Shown here piece by piece: positions 35,920 through 36,056 of a stretch of DNA of 36,056 bases. Each line of letters opens with the position of its first letter. The first letter of the stretch is position 1. Origin of the DNA: an uncultured bacterium (GTDB taxonomy: Bacteria; Armatimonadota; Abditibacteriia; Abditibacteriales; Abditibacteriaceae); the NCBI GenBank assembly GCA_963843795.1, contig CAWJLW010000005.1, positions 62,001 to 98,056 of the forward strand, read 5' to 3'. The position numbers and the translations under genes were made by a program. The notes beneath the pieces were generated by a model. It was given only the letters and a program-made list of their open reading frames with translations. It was not told where the DNA came from and did not search any database.

Positions 35920-35995
35920 TTAGGGCGCTTCGATTTTGAGAAAACGCCCCTGCAAGTACTTGCAGGGGCGTTTTCTCAAAATCGAAGCGCCCTAA
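35920..35995. repeat. 76-bp perfect, loop-less palindrome centred on GCAAGTACTTGC; possible terminator or REP-like element
   Basis: TTAGGGCGCTTCGATTTTGAGAAAACGCCCCTGCAAGT|ACTTGCAGGGGCGTTTTCTCAAAATCGAAGCGCCCTAA; 38 consecutive pairs checked base by base. Confidence 0.95.
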
Positions 35996-36056
35996 TCGCT
36001 CATTTCTCCGAATTCGACTGCATAGCATAATTCCACACGATTAATGTCGGTAAGCC

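Larger units (their letters stand above)
962..35963. repeat. Dispersed highly iterated 12-bp palindrome GCAAGTACTTGC (extended consensus CGCTGCAAGTACTTGCAGCG)
   Basis: Perfect copies start at 962, 2903, 5974, 8458, 10789, 10884, 12267, 14034, 15855, 16399, 17391, 24829, 25783, 27985, 29237, 32135 and 35952. One-mismatch copies start at 1010, 5000, 13162 and 33892. Confidence 0.97.

Noticed and set aside
962..35963. Palindrome as parS, a transcription-factor operator or IS ends
   Set aside because: It does not match parS (TGTTTCACGTGAAACA), it is absent from the divergent promoter gap, it is frequent mid-gene in frame, and no transposase or integrase is present in the window.
1..36056. rRNA, tRNA, prophage or transposase genes; firm taxonomic assignment
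   Set aside because: No such signatures were seen. The gene style is reminiscent of Armatimonadota/Abditibacteriota-like diderms, but no marker gene is present to support that.

Overview
Bacterial chromosomal window from a diderm organism (signal peptides, and an outer-membrane barrel ending in Phe). It has two divergent blocks. Left (<1-6840, minus strand) is an orphan small-molecule-type cluster: a DJ-1/PfpI protein, a ThDP-dependent enzyme, five SnoaL/NTF2-fold proteins and a phytoene-desaturase-like FAD oxidoreductase that runs off the window. Right (7277-35873, plus strand) is an envelope protease/signalling-like block: a membrane-spanning DUF4062/TIR-like-nSTAND1-TPR protein, a secreted caspase-DUF4384 whose catalytic Cys is replaced by Gly, two secreted TPR-CHAT proteases with intact dyads, an aquaporin, a ~3500-aa surface protein and a FecR-TPR-beta-barrel protein. 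The most striking signal is not a gene. The 12-bp palindrome GCAAGTACTTGC occurs at least 17 times perfectly (about 0.002 expected). It sits just after most stop codons and inside genes, where it is always read as Gln-Val-Leu-Ala. It also lies at the centre of longer palindromes (up to a perfect 76 bp) and within a 29-bp direct repeat. This looks like a HIP1/uptake-sequence-like highly iterated palindrome system that I do not recognise as described. All counts were made by eye, and domain calls come from motif recognition, not database searches.
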